Source: Chrysomallon squamiferum
Lineage: Eukaryota > Animalia > Mollusca
Direction of reading: 5' to 3'
Length of the DNA: 64,000 nucleotides
Assembly (NCBI GenBank): GCA_012295275.1
Contig: CM022668.1
Coordinates: 15,376,001 to 15,440,000 of the forward strand
A program made the position numbers and the translations under genes. Shown one piece after another: positions 37,641 through 51,450 of the stretch. The notes under the pieces were generated by a model, which was not told the DNA's origin, ran no database searches, and saw nothing but the letters and a program-made list of their open reading frames with translations. Numbering within the stretch: position 1 is the stretch's first letter; every line of letters starts with the position of its first letter.

Positions 37641-38733
37641 AACACCACCACCACCACCCCAAAATTTAAATAAAAATAATAAAATAAAATAATAATAAAA
37701 ATCAAAGTGTGGAGTAACGTAATGTTAAATATAATAAAACACGACGCTGTCTTTAACTCAATAAAACAGGAAATAAAGTTTTTTTTTTTTATTTTTTTTT
37801 TTTTCATCAATCGTCAATATCATTAGTCCAAGATATAGATAGCTTAGTTCTATTCTGTCTGACAGGAAGCAAATGTTAAAAAGGCAATCAGAAAAATGAT
37901 AACTGTCGTGTCTGCAGCCAGAACAAGCATTTTGACTTTTGAAATATCGAACATCGATACAAAAATAAAAGTTTTCCAGTGATGCGCAAAACAGCGATTA
38001 GATTTTGTGGAATTGTTCAGACGGTGAAGTGACCTTGAAAATGGCCGTCAATGCTTTTCGTGTATAACGTACAGTATATAACGTATATAACGTACAAGAA
38101 TTTATTTATTTGTTTGTTTGTTTCTTGTTGTGGTTGTTATTTGTTTCATTATTTATTTGTTTGTTTGTTTACTTGTTTGTTTGGTTATTTGTTGTTACTG
38201 GTGTTCTTCTTCTTATCATCATAGTCATTCTTCTTCATCTTCTTCTTCTTCTTCTTCTTATTATTATTATTATAATTAGTATTATTATTGTTAATAGTAG
38301 TAAGATAATGGTAATGGTTCGTGTAGTGCTATAGTAATAATAGTAATAGTAATAATAGTAGTAATAATATTAGTAGTAGTAGTAGTAGTAGTTGTTGTTG
38401 TTGTTGTTGTTGTTGTTACCAGTGTTCATTAAGAAAGAAATTAAACACCACCCCCTCAAAAAAAAAAAAGGGATGTAAGATGAAGTGTTATTAATACACA
38501 ACATTGTTTGGTATATCTAACAGTATATATAAAACAATTATTATAAATAATTCATGTTCACTCACCCGGCCTGATCTGTCGCGTTCATTAATCTCTTCTT
38601 CCGTGGGGTTATCCTCAATAATGGCGTGAACAGCCTCCATGTCGTTGTCAATGCACGCCTCCAGAAAGGTGAGATCCTCATAATTGTAACCTTCGTCGTA
38701 GTAGGAGTTGTCGTCATCGTCTGATTCATTCAT
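21790..38733 (-). CDS. ANKRD33B: Ankyrin repeat domain-containing protein 33B/33-like (322 aa)
   Basis: Exons 38733-38566, 37393-37264, 24578-24438 and 22319-21790 sum to 969 nt with phases 0/1/1. Core DKEGNTPLIFAAQAGH...[34 protein letters not shown]...EEWARYVGR matches the ANKRD33/33B signature as I recall it. Confidence 0.88.
24438..24578 (-). CDS. ANKRD33B: ANKRD33B-like exon ([47 protein letters not shown])
   Basis: gtttcag acceptor, g|gttggt donor; ankyrin motif; this frame is not in the ORF track. Confidence 0.92.
27187..27360. repeat. (TAGA)n/(CAGA)n/(TTGG)n microsatellite
   Basis: Direct reading. Confidence 0.9.
35930..36110. repeat. Degenerate ~25-bp minisatellite
   Basis: Unit about ctgaaaacctttaactttgaatttct, roughly 7 copies. 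Confidence 0.65.
36925..37207. repeat. Degenerate ~49-bp tandem repeat just inside the ANKRD33B-like long intron
   Basis: Unit about attatgaatgtttagcagtgtgtatgtggcctgtagaatgaaagtgttt. Confidence 0.8.
37264..37393 (-). CDS. ANKRD33B: ANKRD33B-like exon (TGLSYVSAAG...DKEGNTPLIFAAQA)
   Basis: ttttacag acceptor, g|gtaagc donor; ankyrin motif. Confidence 0.92.
38566..38733 (-). CDS. ANKRD33B: ANKRD33B-like first coding exon (MNESDDDDNSYY...INERDRSGR)
   Basis: gccATG start; cgg|gtgagt donor; an acceptor (ttttccag at 38747-38748) lies 13 nt upstream of the ATG. Confidence 0.88.
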
Positions 38734-39409
38734 GGCTGATGATTACCTGGAAAAACAGAACTAACTGTAAGAAACTAATTGCAACGGTGATAAAAACATG
38801 TCGACTAAACGGAGGGTATGATTGTCGTTATGTGTGTATTTGTGCATTGTTATAAAGGCTGTTATTGTTTGGAGTATTGGTTACGTAAAAAACTACGGTC
38901 AATGAGTATGAAATACATGTTTTTTACAATTTTTCCACACTTGTACGTTATTAATACTTATTAGTACAGATCAAAGTTTAGTTTACAGTGGATCGAAAAA
39001 GTTTAAAGAAAAAGATAAAAAAAAGAATATGCAATTTTCATCAAATTTTATTTAGGTTGTTGTTTATGGATACGCGATGAATGATTTCTCAAAGGCCAAC
39101 GGATGGAGTGTTCTCTGTTCATGAAAAGGTACATCTAAGTGGTTTTCTTTTGCTATCTGTGGAAATAATTAAAGATGTTTTGTCGCTGAATTTAATAATC
39201 AACCATTTCGTCCATCAAAATAAATTTTATGTTATGTATTTATGTATGTATATGTGGATGGATGGATGCATCTATGTATAAATATATATATAAATAAAAT
39301 CTCAGATGTTCTGTTACTTTGTCTTGATCATTAATACTGTTAAAGTTCTGAAGCCATCTGCTTTCTTACACTAACAAAAAATGCAAATCAAAAACCGTAC
39401 CTCTATATT

Positions 39410-39940
39410 TTGTTTGTCAAATATCCCATGTTTTTAAGACATTTTTCAAATACAGTAACATGTAATACGTTTAACAAATACACTAAGATTTTTATAATAT
39501 GTAGCTTATCAAATGCTATCCTTTGAGTGCATTTAGACATTTTATTTCCAGTGCGGTTAATAATACACTTATTAAATATCATACGTATTAATACGTATAT
39601 AAAATATCGTACGTTTTTAATACGTTTATCAAATTGCTTACGCTTACAGCACGTTTATCCGATATCGTATTCCGCCAATACATTTATCGAATATCTTACG
39701 TCTAAAATACGTTTATCAAATATCGTTCGCATAAATTACGTTTGTCAAATATCGTTCGCATAAATTACGTTTGTCAAATATCGTTCGCATAAATTACGTT
39801 TATCAAATATCGTTCGCATAAATTACGTTTATCAAATATCGTTCGCATAAATTACGTTTGTCAAATATCGCACAAATCAATACGTTTATTAAATAATGTA
39901 GATTAAAACATTTATTAAATATGTTAGCTAATAAAATATC
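39410..39940. repeat. 29-bp minisatellite with a homogeneous core and degenerate flanks
   Basis: tatcgttcgcataaattacgttt(g/a)tcaaa at 39721, 39750, 39779, 39808 and 39837; decayed units on both sides. Confidence 0.9.
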
Positions 39941-40919
39941 GCATGCTTTTTTTGTATTTATTAAATAATTATTCACATATAATATTGAATACAATGAATG
40001 ATTACATGCATAGTTCTTGTTAATATTTTATACCTCCTTATGTTTGTCAGATGTCTAATGTAGGTTATTACCAACAACAAAAGAGAAAAAAGAACAAAGA
40101 AAGAAAAAAGGTAACACATTTTTAAACACTGATTAAAAGATTATTCAGTACATGCTTTTAATACTTATCGTAATAGGAACGCAGATTTAATACGTTTATT
40201 AAATGTCACATAATATTAAAACGTCCATTGATGTTTGTTATAATGATAATATTTTTCTTAAATACAGCATATTTTTAGACCTTTAGTAACTATCGTAAAT
40301 TTCAATAGGTTTATCGTGAAAAATGCATATGCAGGGTTTGTGTGAGTGTGTGTGTGTGTTCGTGTGTGTTTCTGTGTGTGTGTGTGTGGGGTGTTAACAG
40401 ATATTCAGATTTTTTTTTTACTTTCATATGTCACAAAAGGCATGGTTTATATTAAATTACGACTGAAATATCTTGTGCAGTTGATACATTTATCGAATAT
40501 CTACTACAACATTCATCAAATCTCTCAATGAAATTCATACGCTTATCGAATTAAACTTTCATTGCGTTAATTACAAATCGCATGCTGCTGATACGTATTA
40601 TCAAATTACTGACTACTTTAGTGCATCAGTTAAAGGTTGCAAACATGCCATCAATAACCTTAATTACATCCTCTTTCATTCGTTTTCTTCGCTTAAAGAG
40701 GGATAAGTTGCAATTTTTCTAAACTCTGGTATTCGCCAGTAGAATGCAGATTCCATAACACGAAACGACATACGGATGTTTGGACAAACTGATGGATTGA
40801 AAGAAAAAGCGAAACTATTACAAGTATTGTTGTTGTTTAAATATTTTATTCTGCTTCTTATTGTTGTAGTTTTTTTTGTTGTTATTACTGTTATTGCTGT
40901 TGTTCTGTTGTTTAGTTAT

Positions 40920-41111
40920 CTTCTTCTTCTATTTCTTCTTCTTCTATTTCTTCTTCTTCTTCTTCTTCTTCTTATTATTATTATTATTATTGTTGTTGTT
41001 GTTGTTGTTGTTGTTTTCGTTGGTGTTGTTATTAATAGTAGTAGTACTATTCGTAGTAGTAGTGGTAGGATCAGTGGCAATAATAGTAAAAGTAGTAGTA
41101 GTAGTAATAGC

Positions 41112-41151
<40 letters not shown>

Positions 41152-41285
41152 ATAGTAGTAGCAGTAGTAGTAATAGTAGTAGTAGTAGCAGTAGTAGTAA
41201 TAGTAATAGTAATAGCAGTAGTAGTAATAATAAAAGTAGTAGTAGTAGTAGTAGTAAGTAAGTAGTAGTAGTAGTAGTAGTAGTC
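40920..41285. repeat. Compound trinucleotide microsatellite (CTT/ATT/GTT/AGT)
   Basis: Direct reading. Similar blocks lie at about 27735-27875, 49170-49665, 50750-51130 and 54100-54820. Confidence 0.9.
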
Positions 41286-41359
41286 TAGAAAGGATTGTCT
41301 ATTATTACCAGAGTTATTAACCAAAAAAATAAATTTCTATTTAATTTCTATATCCAAAT

Positions 41360-41404
41360 CCAGACTGAGCTCCATGACTGGTATATCAGAGACCGCAGAA
41401 TGTC
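41360..41404 (+). mobile_element. MetaSINE central-domain fragment
   Basis: ccagactgagctccatgactggtatatcagagaccg resembles CCAGCCAGTGCTCCACGACTGGTATATCAAAGGCCG (recalled consensus). Confidence 0.55.
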
Positions 41405-41597
41405 TTCATCTTTCCGTGAAAATCTGTTTATCAATACATTTCTCATTATTTTACTAACGTATTCTCGACGTTGATTTAAAAAAAAATATTTCTTTTTACT
41501 TTCAAAAATAAACTAATTGCGCCTATTACATATTTTACGTATTCAGAGAGAAATGTTTACGTAGAAGCAAAAAAATAAAAAAATAAATAAATAAATA

Positions 41598-41630
<33 letters not shown>

Positions 41631-42132
41631 TGCCCCCAAAAATCACATATTAAAAACATCTAACGTTACTATGACAACATCATTGTCGCTTGGTTGATAC
41701 GAAGCAACGCCGCTGTGATAGATGACGTTGGTATAGGCGAAGCGTATCGTACTATTTCAAAATGCGGCCTAATTAGCAGTTCGTGTAAAAAGCTTGCTAC
41801 GTCCAATTTGAAGACGGTTTGCACCATATTAAAATCAGCCTGGGAATATTGCAATTCAAATAACAGGACGGAATAAAATAAGAAAAAAAAAAAAAAAAAA
41901 AAAAAAGCTGACTTGTTATTATTATTACATTATATAAAATGCCATTAGTTTAAATGTGGCGGTGGTGGGGAGCGAGTTGGTTAAAAACAAAAAAAAAAAA
42001 AAAAACGTAAATGGATTAGTAATTGACAGCCAGGTTAATATTTCATGACATAAAAATGTTTTATGTCATACTTCAGCTTTTAAATGATTTTTTTTTTTTC
42101 TTTCTAACTGTGACGTAATTTTATGCAACCGT

Positions 42133-42224
<92 letters not shown>

Positions 42225-43599
42225 TCAGAAAAGAAAAAGAAATAAGGTAGAGAGATGCAGAGAGCGAGATAAGAAGAAATAGAAGGTAATGATGTGATAA
42301 CGATGATAATAATGATGATGATCATCATGATGATGATCATAACAGAGAGGTGGTAATGGTGATGATGATGAACTATCACGAATATTTCAAGAACTAGATC
42401 TTCTTTAGCTGCATTTAGTTTTTCTCGCGTCTGAAGACGTGAAACTTGATCATCCGGGTTTCACGTCTCGGTCAGCCATTATGTTTTAAAAGCCGTTTTC
42501 CTTTTATTCTGTGTCACTTTAAATAAATCAAACCACGGCGTCACCTGCAGCAGGCGTCTGAACCTCGCTGTGTGTGTGTGTGTGTAGTCGTCTGTTCTAA
42601 TCGCTTCACAGAAAGCGAAATGAATATTGATCAATCAACTGCTGTTAGCAGATTGCTTCACGTTGTCGAGCATCGCCTAATTCCGTACTAACACACGACT
42701 TTTTTTTCTTCGCTTCTTCTTCTTCTTCTTCTTCTTCTTCTTCTTCTTCTTCTTCTTCTTCTTCTTTGAGACATCTTCTGCTTGTACTTCTACTACTTCT
42801 TCTTCTTCTTCTTCGTCACCGTTTTTTCAAAGATGTTACTTCAGAGTTCTGAACTTGTTGCTTTTTTTTGCTTTTTTTTTTTTACTCTCTTCATTTCAAT
42901 AAATGTCGATTATCGATAATATGTTTTCTCTCAATAATCGAATGTCGCCGAGTGTTTTATAATGACCTGCTTTACAAATTATTTTCTTCGACATTTTTCG
43001 CTGTACGGTAAAGTCAAGTACATGCGTCATTAACCATGAAGTCGTACATCAGAATTAAGGTTTTTTTTTCTCTTTTTTTTATTTTTATTTTTTTTTGTAT
43101 TATAATATAAACACAGAATCTGTATTCAAGAACGTGCGGCATAAAGAGTTAATTGAAAGTCTACAGAAACCGATAGATTGCTGCTGTTTCTCGAAGAGTT
43201 AATGTCTTATCTTTGTAACGGTCTCTCACTCCCCACTTTCGGCTGTTTACAGTTAGTGTCAGTGAATGAATGATCGAATGAACGAACGGACGAAAGCTGA
43301 TTTAATTACATTTCAACGCGACGTTATATTTAACTTGAGTGCTACTGTAGTGATTCGTTTGTTTATCGATTATTCTTTCGTTCCTTTATTTGTTCTTCTT
43401 TCCATCATTTGTTTATTAATTCCGTTTTTTATTTTTTTTATTTTATTTTTTTTTCGTTTATTCGTTTATTAATTGGTTCTTGGTGTTTTTAATAATCCTC
43501 TCTTAGTTCATTCGTTTATTCGTTGTTTGTTTTTTTAAAATAGTTCTTGTGTTTTTTCTTTCGTTTGTTTGTTTAACAGTTTGTTCTTCGTTTGTTTGC

Positions 43600-43672
43600 T
43601 GAGGTGGGACTACAGAACACCTGTGGCGTGAATCGATCTTGCAGACCTACGAGCCTCAGGCTCAGGCAAGAA
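43600..43672 (-). mobile_element. Possible SINE head fragment
   Basis: Minus strand gcctgaggctcgtaggtctgcaagatcgattcacgcc has a B-box-like core and resembles a tRNA-derived SINE 5' end. Confidence 0.3.
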
Positions 43673-43748
43673 TTTTTATGAGTCTCGAATCCATCCACTT
43701 AGTTTAAATTCATTTCCAATATTTATCAAAGAATTTTTAGACAACTTA

Positions 43749-43781
<33 letters not shown>

Positions 43782-44713
43782 AAAAATACTATATTTTCAA
43801 ATATTTAAATTATTATTATTTTTTTTTTTACCTTATGCATATCACATTTTCAAAATACAATAATAAAGTCATGCATATGGTTAAAGGCCATATAACAAGA
43901 TATGAAATCCAAGTAACTGAGTCTTATTTTTAAAATAGCAATTTGGACGCTTTATGTAAACTTTCTGATAGAAAAGAAAATACACCTGACGACTTTCATA
44001 ATCCAGAAGTGATGAACAGGGTGGAACGGGAAATAAATCATACACGTACCAAAGGGGATTGAACTAGGTTCCTGTGACTTCTGAAAAGCAGGGTTCATTG
44101 ATTATTAACGTCTGATTTCTATACTGGCGGATCGAGTTGGCGACGATGATCGATAACCTATGTAACGTAAAACCAGCATGATCGTCATATTTACATTCTG
44201 TACTTCACACACATCCATCATTAAGTTCATTGACACATATAAAGAGTTCATAACGATTCCTGCACGATATTTAACCCAGTAGATTTATTAATACTTACAC
44301 CAAAAAAAAAAAAAAAAAAAAAAAAAAATTGTTTTTCTTATTATTTATTTTATGTGTTCACGTTTTCCATAAATTCAGATAAACGGGCGTCGTAGTTTAT
44401 TTTTCTCTCTGGCTTTCAGATAAATCCTTTATGACGCTTCCACGAGCTAGACAATTGTAAATACTTTCCTGGTTCCGACTGCTCAATATTTAATGTGTGT
44501 ATTTTTATATATCACGATATCTTCGTTTTGACCCTTCCAGTCCAGTGTTGTTCAGCGTTAGAGTAAAAGTTTTAAAAAAAATAATAATCCCGCGTGGGGA
44601 AAGTACATAGATTTTCAACGTTCGTTTTAATTTATTATTTATAGAGCTTTTACAATCAGACGTAGTAACGTTATTCAAAAGTGCGTACTGTGTCTCCGGG
44701 TTTATTATTATTT

Positions 44714-44765
<52 letters not shown>

Positions 44766-45294
44766 CACACACACATACATATATATTCTTTTTATGAAAT
44801 TAATGTTGCATACACGAATTTACCTACGTTTATTATTATTATGTCGAATTTTCTTTCGTGAACGTAGAACAAAACAAAAAAAATTCTGATGGTCTGAAAC
44901 ATATAGATTATCGATTTTTCTAAACAATCAAATATAAAGAATAGTTTTTTCTTTGTGGGCAACAAATAAATTCTTTATTTTTAACAAAGGTTGAGTGTCT
45001 TTTTCTTCTAACTCGACTGGTGACCTATATATTTTTTTCTTCCCTTTGATCTTCCGTCTTTGTGATCCTGAAATTTTTCTTAATTTTTTTCTTTCTCTTT
45101 TATCTTCTTTTTTCTTCTTGTTTACGTCATATTCTTCCGTTATCATCATCTTATCATCTAATTCTTTTTATTTATTTTTTTATCTTCTTCACATTATTTT
45201 GGTGTTCATTAATTCTTAACCCAGTTATTTTAGATCATAGCCCTATTTAAGGTTTTAAATATAGTAAAGAATCAGTGTAAAGTATTTTCAGTGC

Positions 45295-45365
45295 AACTAT
45301 CATCATCTCCGCCATCATCATATTAACTATCATCATCTCCGCCATCATCATATTAACTATCATCA
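45295..45365. repeat. 30-bp tandem repeat, about 2.3 copies
   Basis: aactatcatcatctccgccatcatcatatt. Confidence 0.85.
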
Positions 45366-46085
45366 AATCAGCATAATCAACATTACCATCATCACCATCG
45401 TCATCATCAAAAACATCATCATTATCATTTCCATTCCGTTCTTTTTCTATTTCCCCTGTCGAAAGATCTTTCATCATTACTTCATATTCAGCGATGTTCA
45501 TTAGTTAAAACAACTCAAAACATTTTCATCTCCTTCTGTCAAATTTCCTTTTTCTTTTTTCTTTTTTCCCCCATCTTCTCCTTTTCTAAATGAACATCTA
45601 ATGAAATCCACATTACAACTATTTTTCTCTGGCTTTTCATAAAATACGCCATTTTTCTTTTATTCTTTTTTTCATCTTTCTCTCTTTATCCCTCTCTTTT
45701 TTCTTTTTTTTTTTATCTTTTATTCTTTATTTTTTTTCATCTTTCTCTCTTCTTCCCTCTCTCTTTTTCTCTTTTTTTTTCTTTCTTTTTTTTTTTCTTT
45801 TTCATAGGCTTTTCAAAGCCATCAAACCTCATTTCACGTTTGATGTCCGCGGTCTCATATCCAGAGTTTCATCGCGGCGTTGTAAAAATACCTATTACAG
45901 CTTAAGCGAGGTGACGACCGCCTCAGGCACGACGTAGCGAGGATGGGAAAATTTGCTCCGGAATAGCGCAAACTGGTCATATAATTTTCATTAAGGAACC
46001 ATTACCGAGTGACGTGGTGGTCTAAACAAGCTTGAAGACGTTAAGCCAGAGAGAGACCGTTGGATGTTCCAAGTCGATGGTATTT

Positions 46086-46133
<48 letters not shown>

Positions 46134-46331
46134 AAAAACGTACGGGTTTGCAAATGAAAAACATCTGGGAAGCCTTGATGTATGTTACAGTTAGAGAGGT
46201 GTAGAGATATGTGTGTGTTAGGATTTCTCGTATCAAGATTTATGTAAATGACTTGATAAATGCGCTGCCCGTAGGACCCTTTTGTTTGTGTCTTTGGATT
46301 TGTGTGTGTGCGTGTGTGTCTGTGTTAGAGA

Positions 46332-46429
<98 letters not shown>

Positions 46430-46633
46430 GGACGAAGGTTTGGATATTTGTGAGTTCATTAATGTAAAAGTCAATAAAAGACACATCTCACTTTTTATCA
46501 GGAAGCCAGGTCTATATTTAAGTGTCATATTTTGAAGTAAGAACTATATTTTATGTGTGAGGAAAGTAGATAATGTTATCTGAATAATAAACGATAAAAC
46601 AGACGAACAAAAAATTCTAATGAATGGCATTAT

Positions 46634-46666
<33 letters not shown>

Positions 46667-47772
46667 TATTTTTATTTTAAGTTGAAGAACAAAAAAGCAA
46701 GAAGTACTGGAATAAGAAAAAGAAGAAACAACGACAGAAACAACTAGAAGAAAAAAGCAATAACAACAAAGATGAAAATCATTACTACAAGAAGAAGAGC
46801 AATATTTAGTGTTTTTGTTAGACATACGTGCAGTCCTGTTTATACAGAGAGAATGTGAAGCATATTCATCTATTTATTAATCAGAATAATGTACAAAATA
46901 AGGGCTCATAAAGATTAATTGTAAAGTTGACCGAGAATCATTTAAAATGTTTCTTAAAGAGGAACCGAAAAAGCAATATTTTAAAAAATGTATGAGTCCT
47001 AGATTCTGAAATTATATTAATTGTTTTTGTTATTACTGTTGTTCAATGCTATTTATTTTATTTTATTTTATTATTTTGTTTTGTGTTTGTTTTGTTTTGT
47101 TTGTTGTTGTTGTTGTTTGTTTGTTTTATTTTGGTTTGTTTTTATTATTATTATTATTATTATTATTAATATTATTATTTGTTTGTTGTTTTGTTTGTTT
47201 TTGGGGGGGTTTTGGTTTTTTTTTTTATTTTACATTATTTTTTTTCCTTTTCTTTTATTCATAATATATTCATTTATTAGTTTATTTACTTACTTATTCA
47301 TTCAATCGTTTTACCTCACTTTATTTGCTCGTTCGTTTGTTAAACAACAACAACAACAACAACGAAAAACAAAGCTAACCTAAAACTTACCTGTTTAAAT
47401 TAGGAGCTGCACGAAAACCAGTATTCCTAGATGTGTTTACTCACACCAGACTGAAAACAGGTGTCTTGATACGCCTCCAGTCCTACATCTGTGATCATTT
47501 CATTACACTTAGAACCAGAAACCAGTCTATTAGGAACTTCTACATGAAACAGATTGCGGTATCCGGAATAATAATAATCAATACCAGGTTAAACAACGCT
47601 GATATTTAGCACTGTGTGATACCTTTCTGCCCTAAATTTAATTTAAATTAAATTTATCCAAGGTCGTTGTCTTTTCGAACACTGACCTTTAGCAAAATGA
47701 GCAGAACTTTTTATCATTCTGTAGTTTTTTTTTACATAACTGTGTGCGTCTTTTGGTTGGTTTATTTTTTTA

Positions 47773-47804
<32 letters not shown>

Positions 47805-48301
47805 CGTGACCGAATCAATTACCGTAAAGAACCAGAATGATACGGTAAGTAATGGTACTCGGAAACTTCTCGGATATATCGGGTTTGCCGTGGTTTCAGT
47901 GATATGTGGAATCTAACAGCAGACGTCTGCGTGAAGATTCGTAGACTGGTTATCAGCTGTTTTTCCTGTCTGGAAGAAAAAAAAAAAAGTAGTATCTTTG
48001 AAAACGGTGAAAAAGGAAGAAAGAACAAAGATGGAAAAATCGAAAAAAAAAATGAAAATAATTATGAAGAATTTGTTGAAAGAGAGAAACGATATATATG
48101 TGTATATATATATATAGGGAAGAACAAATGAAAAGAAACACGGAAAATTAAAATGGAAGAATAAAATGAAGAGTAAGGACAAAAATAATGAAGAAAAAGA
48201 AAGAAAAAGAAAACAAAAGTAATAAAGAAGGAAAACTGAAGAAATTTTAGACATCAAAAAGTATTCAAAGATAAACAGTATTTGAGATGAATAATGTTGT
48301 T

Positions 48302-48369
<68 letters not shown>

Positions 48370-49019
48370 ACAAGATAAGGACATATATATATAACAAAAC
48401 ATAGGTAAAGAGGACGAAATTATAAAACAAAGAAACAGGAAAACAAAACAAAAAAATCATAGACCAAAACTCAAGATAAAAACAGAAAAAAAAAAGCCCG
48501 TAAATTAAACTAAACCAACAAGAAACTGTGAGAAAGAAAAGAAACAAAACAAACAGTGAAAGACAAAAAAAACTCCACGAGACACATAAATAATAAATTG
48601 TCTCTATCGAGCAACTGGGGAGTTTTTCTAATCAACTTTATGGTCATTGCAAGAATGTTAAATACGTGTTTGCATGGCTAATGTCCCCGCTCGTAACAAT
48701 AATCAAAACAGCACAACTCCGGTCGGAGAAATCTTGTTTTCCAACACTCGCCAAACCGTGCAATACGAGCTGTAAATATTAAATTAGGAAAGGATCAAAG
48801 GCTTCGTCTGAATTGGACTTGGGCACGTTAAACAACAATGAACAGTTATTTTTTCTTTTTTATGTGTGTGTTGTTGTACGCATGCGTAAAGAGAAGTGGG
48901 GGAGTATGCGGCAGAGAAGTGTGTTTCTGTGCTTCTTTCGTTATATTTTGTTTTAATTTTTTTTTATAAATTTAATTTTTTTATTATTATTATTTATTAT
49001 GACAGAGTTTATCTATTTA

Positions 49020-49057
<38 letters not shown>

Positions 49058-49269
49058 CTGTTATTACATACTGATATTTATAGCCAAGCTGTAATAACAG
49101 CACAATAATAATCGAAAAATTACAACCATTCAAAAATACTAATTACCACAATTACTTATCATAAATACTACTTGTACTGCTACTACCACCACTATGACTA
49201 CCACAGCCACCAGTATCATTACTACTACTACAAATACAATAACTGCTACTACTATTATTATTATTTTTA

Positions 49270-49309
<40 letters not shown>

Positions 49310-49453
49310 CATATTACTGCTACTATTACTACTACTACCTCTACTATTACTACGATACCTACAATAACAACTTAAATACTACGACAACGATTACTACTAC
49401 AACTACTGCTGCTTATCTACTACTACTACAGCTACTACAACAACTACTATTAC

Positions 49454-49502
<49 letters not shown>

Positions 49503-49986
49503 GCTGTACTATTACTTTACTACGATACCTACAATAACAACTTAAATACTACGATTACTACTACGATTACTACTACTACTGCTACTACTACTACTACTAC
49601 TACTACAGCTACTACTACTACTACTACTACTATTACTATTATTATTATTATTATTATTATTATACTCAGCTGCTATCAGTATTCCGCGCTAGATCATTCA
49701 GATAATGAAGATACTGCTGTACGTGAAGTTTTTTCAATTATTTACCGTCAGGCTTACATAAATCTCCTGGTTTTATTAGTCTGGTTTCATTTTACCACTC
49801 TGTATATCAGATCTCCGCCGGCTTAATAATTATTTATGTCCAATTAACCCGCGACTGAATATATTGATTATGACGTAACAGTAACTCATGACGTTGTTAG
49901 ACTGTCCGGTTTGGCACATTGGTTGTTTACGTTAGAAAGTTTTGAATATGCAGCGCTGTGAAGTAAGTGGTAATGTGAGTGCGTGC

Positions 49987-50032
<46 letters not shown>

Positions 50033-50135
50033 GTGTGTGTGTGACTGAGTTATTTGTTGTTTTTGCTTTCTTGTTTTATTCATTCATTTACTTCTTTTTT
50101 TTAATTTAATTTAATTTATTATTATTATTATTATT

Positions 50136-50173
<38 letters not shown>

Positions 50174-51409
50174 TTTACTTTTATTTTCATTTTTTTCTTT
50201 TTGATGTGGGAAGAGTCGGATCATTTTTTTCCCCTAACCGCTGAAAGCCGATGATTTAAGTAAGAGAGTGAAAACATAGATGAAAGCGAATCAAAGACCA
50301 TTACCCGCCTTGTACGTCTGTCTGTCTGTCTGTCTGGCTGTCTGTCTGGCAGTGAGTAACAAGTCGCTGTGTATTCAAGGTATCAAAAGCTAAAAGCATC
50401 TCTAATTAAAAAACGTTTTGATCTTAGACCACCGAGTGAGAAGAATAATAACAGAGTGAGAGTCTGGTTCCGGAACTGGAAATAGACAGGTGGACATTAC
50501 GAGCTCTTTCTGGAACGGGAAATTAAAAAAAGGGGTGGATGTTACCAAGTTGGGAAGTGGTGAAATTGAAAAAAAAAAAAAAAAAAAAAAAATAGATTAA
50601 TATATTGGTTTTTGACGTAACGTTGTGTGAACGTTCATTAAAAAATATATTAATGTTCTGTCAGTTATTATGTCATACTGTTAAAAGTCATGGACATTGA
50701 TAACGATTTGGCGTTTCCATGCGAAATACGTTATCTGTATTGGTATTTGTAGCAATAGCAGTAGTGGTATTGTAGTTGTAGTAGTAGCAGCAGTAGTAGT
50801 AGTAGTAGGAGTGGTAGTAGGAATAGTAGTTGTACAAGTATTAGTTGCTATGGCATTAACAGAAATTGCTGTGGCAATGGTAGAAAAAATAGAAATATTG
50901 TAATAGTAGTAGTTGTAGTAGTAGTTATTGTTGTAGTAACAGAAGCTCATGTAATAGAACTAATAGTTGCAGCAGACATAATAATAGTAGTTTTCTGGTA
51001 GGTGTAATAATAATAGTTATAGTTGTAGTAGCAGCAGCAAGAGCAGTAGTAGTAGTAGTAGTAGTAATAGTAGTAGCAGTAGATGTATTAGTAGTAGTGA
51101 TAGTGACGGCAGTAGAAGCAGTAATTAACAGTAGTTGTTGCAGTAGTAACAGAAAAACAGTAATGGTATAACATATTAGAAAACCGAACTACATTATCTA
51201 AGACTTTAACATTGAGAATCGTTGATTAAATATGTATTACTATATTAACTGTTCTAACCGGGATATTCTGTTTATCACATTCCTTCGTGTATCATTGAGA
51301 GCATGAAACAATTTCCAGAGATCAAGAATAACAAAAGTATTTCTCGTTCTTTCGGAAGTGATGTTTTCTAATCGTTAAGATAAAAAGAGTTTTTTTTTTT
51401 CTTCGTTCG

Positions 51410-51450
<41 letters not shown>

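Noticed and set aside
39560-39900. CRISPR-like repeat/spacer appearance
   Set aside because: The period is only 29 nt, central spacers are identical, there are no cas genes, and the context is a eukaryotic intron; it is a minisatellite.
41669-41876. Overlapping ~60-aa ORFs on both strands in a CpG-rich patch
   Set aside because: No recognisable domain or splice signals; open frames are expected in a locally GC-richer patch.
44928-45501. Lys-rich and Asp/Met-rich minus-strand ORFs
   Set aside because: Derived from purine-rich low-complexity DNA, (CAT)n and a 30-bp tandem repeat.
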